Assembly (NCBI GenBank): GCA_046483305.1
Contig: JAWODM010000062.1
Location: forward strand, 1 to 64,000
Source: Candidatus Krumholzibacteriales bacterium
GTDB lineage: Bacteria > Krumholzibacteriota > Krumholzibacteriia > Krumholzibacteriales > WJIX01
Direction: 5' to 3'
DNA length: 64,000 nt
Part shown: positions 60,352 to 64,000 of the stretch, piece by piece
Layout: every line of letters starts with the position of its first letter
Position numbering within the stretch: the stretch's first letter is position 1
Program-made: the position numbers and the translations under genes
Notes under the pieces: model-generated
Told to the model about the DNA's origin: nothing
What the model saw: the letters and a program-made list of their open reading frames with translations, nothing else
Databases searched by the model: none

Positions 60352-61699
60352 ATTTCAGCATCTTTATTGATTCGTAAAACATTGAAGTTATAAGTTTGTA
60401 ATCCGTCTTCCTGTCATCACTCTTATAACCGCTGTCAATATATATGGGGGGGCCTATATGCACTTCCAGCCTGTTCTTTCTGAGAAAGGCCCTTCCCATC
60501 CGGTTGGAACCGGAAATATAAACAGGGATGATATCTGTTCCCGAATTAACCGCTATATAACCAAGGCCCATTTTCGGCATCCTGATGCGATCGTCTTTTG
60601 ACCTGGTTCCCTCCGGGAACATCAATATGGAGCTGCCGGATTTGAGAAGTTTCACTATTTTTCTGATTGCCGCCCTGTCGAAAGAATCCCTGTCGATTGG
60701 GACCGCGTGATATTTGCTTATCAGCCAGCCAAAGAAACGGTTATTGAAAAGTTCCTTCTTGGCAAGGAACCAGACCTCCCGGTTAAGGATTGAACCGACC
60801 ACCGGAGGATCGGAGTAGGATATATGGTTGCTGGCGAAAATGAAATTGCCTCCGGTTCTCAGGTTTTCCCTGCCGTATACCCTGAGGCCGAATAATAATT
60901 TGAAGATACAGTAAATCAGTTTTCTGGTGACTCTGTAATAGCGTGTTGAGTACAGAGAGGACTTTCTGTTCAGATAATATTTATCCCTTTGAATAATCTC
61001 CTTCAGCCTTCCGCGCGCGTAATCTTCCGCTATCCCCACCTGCTGGTCTATGGTAAGCCCCGAGGTGTCAATGACCTTCGCTCCCGGTGGCTTAAGAAGC
61101 GGGCTTACCTGCCTGGTTGAATCTATTCTGTCTCTCTCTTCGATGTTTATTCTTACCTTATCTTCATCCTGATCTATACCTATCGACCTCAGTTGAGCAG
61201 AGCGCCTCCTGACCCTGGCCTCAATGTCGGCTATCAGAAAAAGCTTCACCTGGGCGTGTGGGAAAACCACTGTTCCCAGATCACGCCCCTCAGCCACCAC
61301 TCCTCCCCTGCCTGCTATCTTTCTCTGCAGTTTTACCATTTCAGTTCTTACACTTTCATGCCTGCTCACCGGGGAGACAGCCGCTGATACACCGCTTTTT
61401 CTTATCTCCTGTTCTATGTTTTCACCGTCGAGAAAGAGAACCCTTTCGCCATCTATCTCCACCAGTTCCAGATTAATCCTTCCGGCGAGCTCAGAAACCT
61501 TGCGCTCGTCTTCAGGATCAATCCCTTCCTTAAGGACAGCATAAGTCACCGCCCGGTACATGGAGCCGGTGTTCAGATATTTCATATTGAGCCGGTCGGC
61601 CAGTATGGACGCGGTAGTGCTCTTGCCGGAACCCGCCGTCCCGTCGAGAGTGATTATTATATTCTTGAAACCGCTCAGGGATTTCTCAGTCAAGTTCAT
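60341..61699 (-). CDS. cmk: Cytidylate kinase fused to 1-acyl-sn-glycerol-3-phosphate acyltransferase
   Basis: DGTAGSGKST, TGSMYR, EGRDLGTVVFP; then NHISYSD, FPEGTRS. Confidence 0.92.
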   Translation of the reverse strand: MNLTEKSLSGFKNIIITLDGTAGSGKSTTASILADRLNMKYLNTGSMYRAVTYAVLKEGIDPEDERKVSELAGRINLELVEIDGERVLFLDGENIEQEIRKSGVSAAVSPVSRHESVRTEMVKLQRKIAGRGGVVAEGRDLGTVVFPHAQVKLFLIADIEARVRRRSAQLRSIGIDQDEDKVRINIEERDRIDSTRQVSPLLKPPGAKVIDTSGLTIDQQVGIAEDYARGRLKEIIQRDKYYLNRKSSLYSTRYYRVTRKLIYCIFKLLFGLRVYGRENLRTGGNFIFASNHISYSDPPVVGSILNREVWFLAKKELFNNRFFGWLISKYHAVPIDRDSFDRAAIRKIVKLLKSGSSILMFPEGTRSKDDRIRMPKMGLGYIAVNSGTDIIPVYISGSNRMGRAFLRKNRLEVHIGPPIYIDSGYKSDDRKTDYKLITSMFYESIKMLKYGT

Positions 61700-61716
61700 T
61701 TGAAGACTGTTCTTGT

Positions 61717-62820
61717 TCAGGAAATAATTTCATCCAATTCCCGCAGAAATCTGGTATTTTCCCGCGGTGTGCCTATAGTTACTCTGATCGCTTCCGAGCC
61801 GAGCCCGAAGGGGCTCATGCCCCTGACTATCACTCCCCGCTCCAGCAGTTTACCAACAATGTCATCTACAATTCCCTCCGGAGGTATGGCCAGAATGAAA
61901 TTGGTCTGCGATTCAGGCACGGTGAATCCATGATTTCTCAGCTCCTGCGTAACCCGTTGCAGCTGCTCGGTGTTTTCTCTGACCCTCTCGTCCAGTTTAT
62001 GGGAGTATTTAAGAGCCACTCTGGCGGCCGCTTGAGCGATCCGGTTTACATTGAAAGGCTGCCTTACCATATGAAGGCAGGTGACCAGATCGGGGTGTGA
62101 TATTGAGTATCCGACTCTCAGTCCGGAGAGGGAATAAACCTTTGAGAATGTTCTCAGGATAACGATATTATCCATTTTTCTCAGGAGCTCAATTGTCTGC
62201 GGATAATCTTCCGCGGTAACGTATTCATAATAAGCTTCGTCGAATACTACCAGTATATCCCTGCGGATTCCTTCCATGAATTCTGCTACTTCCTCTGCCG
62301 TAACATAGGTCGCAGTAGGGTTATTGGGATTGCAGATGAATACCATCTTGGTTCTGCTGGTTATACTTTCCTTCATTTTCTTCATATCCAGCCTGTAGTC
62401 CATGAGTGGTACCTTAACCTCTTTTACCCCGGCGAGATGAATGATCAGCGGATAAGCTATGAAACTGGGATATGGTATTATTACTTCCTCGTCAGGATTC
62501 ACGAACCCCCTGACCAGCAGGTCGATTATTTCATTGGATCCGTTTCCGACGAATATGCCGGAAGGGTCTGTTACAAGATGTTCCGCTATATCGTGAGAAA
62601 GGTAGTGGGACCCTGAATTGGGATAACGGTTGATCTCCCCGCTTTCCTTCTCGATAGCCTCGAGTATTTCAGGAAGAGGCTGGTAGGGGTTTTCGTTTGA
62701 CGCAAGTTTGATGATCTCTCCCTTTATATTGAGTTCTCGTCTGACCTCTTCAATGGGCTTGCCCGGAATATAAGGGCTGATATCCTTCATATGGGGGCGC
62801 ATTAAAGACTTAAAATCCAT
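61717..62820 (-). CDS. hisC: Histidinol-phosphate/aromatic aminotransferase
   Basis: YIPGKPI, KLASNENP, GNGSNE, CNPNNPT, DEAY, RTFSKVYSLSGLRVG. Confidence 0.9.
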   Translation of the reverse strand: MDFKSLMRPHMKDISPYIPGKPIEEVRRELNIKGEIIKLASNENPYQPLPEILEAIEKESGEINRYPNSGSHYLSHDIAEHLVTDPSGIFVGNGSNEIIDLLVRGFVNPDEEVIIPYPSFIAYPLIIHLAGVKEVKVPLMDYRLDMKKMKESITSRTKMVFICNPNNPTATYVTAEEVAEFMEGIRRDILVVFDEAYYEYVTAEDYPQTIELLRKMDNIVILRTFSKVYSLSGLRVGYSISHPDLVTCLHMVRQPFNVNRIAQAAARVALKYSHKLDERVRENTEQLQRVTQELRNHGFTVPESQTNFILAIPPEGIVDDIVGKLLERGVIVRGMSPFGLGSEAIRVTIGTPRENTRFLRELDEIIS

Positions 62821-62835
62821 TTTCAGCAACTCCTT

Positions 62836-63576
62836 CTAAGCTAAACCGACCTTTTTCCTCAAATGTTTTTCTTCTTCATTCTTAAGCGGCCTTATCTGTC
62901 CTTTTTCCAGGTCATTGAATTTCAGACCCGCCACACTGCTTCTGTGAAGTTTAATAACGGAATGGCCTCTTGACAAGAACATCCTCTTTATCTGTCTCTT
63001 TTTCCCCTCTTTTATCCTTATTTCCACATCAGAATGCTTTTCGCCCGCCCTGATGACTCTTACACTGCAGGGGCTGGTTACGTAACCTCCGATATCGACT
63101 CCAGCGGCCAGTTCAGCCGCCGTCTCTTCGGTCACCTTTCCATCAACCCTGGCAGTATAAGTCTTGTCCACATGATAGCGGGGATGGATCAATCTGTTGG
63201 TCAGGGTCCCGTCGTTGGTGAGAAGCAGAATGCCGGTGGTGTCGATATCAAGTCTCCCTACCGGGTAGAGCCTCTGGCTGTAACCGTTCTCCCTTGCGAT
63301 ATCAATGACGGTTTTCCTGCCCAGGTTGTCTGAAACTGAGCAGATCACTCCCGGCGGTTTGTTCATTACCAGGACTGTACGGTTTCTTATATACGCCACC
63401 GGTTTCCCGGATACGGTTACCCGGTCCTCCAGAGGGTTCACCTTGAAAGCAAGATCGGTAACCATCTCGTCGTTAACCCTTACCTTTCCATCCAGTACAT
63501 ATTTTTCGCATTTACGCCGCGAACCGAGACCGCTCCCCGAAAGGTAGCGGTTTATCCTTATCATCCGGTCACTCAT
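62836..63576 (-). CDS. rluB: rRNA pseudouridine synthase (RluB/RsuA family)
   Basis: S4 domain (GSRRKCE), PVGRLD, LLLTNDG, EGKKRQIKRM; follows scpB. Confidence 0.85.
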   Translation of the reverse strand: MSDRMIRINRYLSGSGLGSRRKCEKYVLDGKVRVNDEMVTDLAFKVNPLEDRVTVSGKPVAYIRNRTVLVMNKPPGVICSVSDNLGRKTVIDIARENGYSQRLYPVGRLDIDTTGILLLTNDGTLTNRLIHPRYHVDKTYTARVDGKVTEETAAELAAGVDIGGYVTSPCSVRVIRAGEKHSDVEIRIKEGKKRQIKRMFLSRGHSVIKLHRSSVAGLKFNDLEKGQIRPLKNEEEKHLRKKVGLA

Positions 63577-64000
63577 CGCCGCCTGTTATCTTCTCTTCAA
63601 TCGTATTATCTTCTTCGCCGCCCGTCTCTTCACCGGGGTTGTTCTGTTCAATTCTGGATTCGAGCAGCCTGATTGCCTCCCCCTCGCTGGCAAACTGATC
63701 TATGGAGGGAAGGTCATTATAATTCTTCAATCCAAGATATTCCAGAAACTGACGGGTAGTAGAATAGAGAAAGGGCCTTCCTATACTGTCCCCCCTCCCC
63801 GATATCCTTATCAGGTCCCTCTCCAGCAGAGTGGAAAGCACTCCGCCGGAGTTCACACCGCGCACCGCCTCGATCTGCGCCCTGCTCACAGGCTGTTTGT
63901 AAGCTATTATGGCGAGGGTTTCCAGCGCCGCCCCGGACAGCCTGCTTTTTCTCCTGTTCTTAAAAAGAGATTTTATTATTTCAGAGTATTCTGGGTGGGT
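63569..64000 (-). CDS. scpB: SMC-Scp complex subunit ScpB (5' part outside window)
   Basis: LSGAALETLAIIAYKQPVSRAQIEAVRGV, GRPFLYSTT..FL. Confidence 0.93.
   Translation of the reverse strand, partial: THPEYSEIIKSLFKNRRKSRLSGAALETLAIIAYKQPVSRAQIEAVRGVNSGGVLSTLLERDLIRISGRGDSIGRPFLYSTTRQFLEYLGLKNYNDLPSIDQFASEGEAIRLLESRIEQNNPGEETGGEEDNTIEEKITGGDE

Overview
A 64-kb stretch of a diderm bacterial chromosome (lptE, lapA/lapB, Wza-type export genes), spanning the probable replication terminus. A near-canonical Xer dif site at 20067-20094 lies where gene orientation flips from all + strand (1-20 kb) to almost all - strand (20-64 kb). The left arm holds recN, tRNA-Arg, a GAF-GGDEF diguanylate cyclase, a Wzy-type polysaccharide export/precursor cluster, a priming sugar transferase, a GAF-PAS histidine kinase with a sigma54 activator, then lptE-holA-thioredoxin-TusA-like-leuS. 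The right arm is mostly housekeeping (scpB, rluB, hisC, cmk-plsC, ispH, rpsA, mtaB, miaB, lapAB, mutS, mutL, miaA, der, plsY, gpsA, surE, nlpD-like, rpoS-like, apt, four tRNAs), with a ~13-kb accessory-looking block between mutS and mutL. Most interesting signals: (1) an unannotated 0.8-kb gap (23514-24315) with a 17-codon hydrophobic peptide gene and a separate rod-shaped sRNA with consensus sigma70 promoter and terminator; (2) three sigma54-type promoters plus c-di-GMP-related motifs tying the polysaccharide locus together; (3) a PLP enzyme / Lys-less nitrilase / GIY-YIG-DUF523 fusion operon. No integrase, transposase or CRISPR array was seen. All calls come from reading motifs by eye; no database search or folding program was run.
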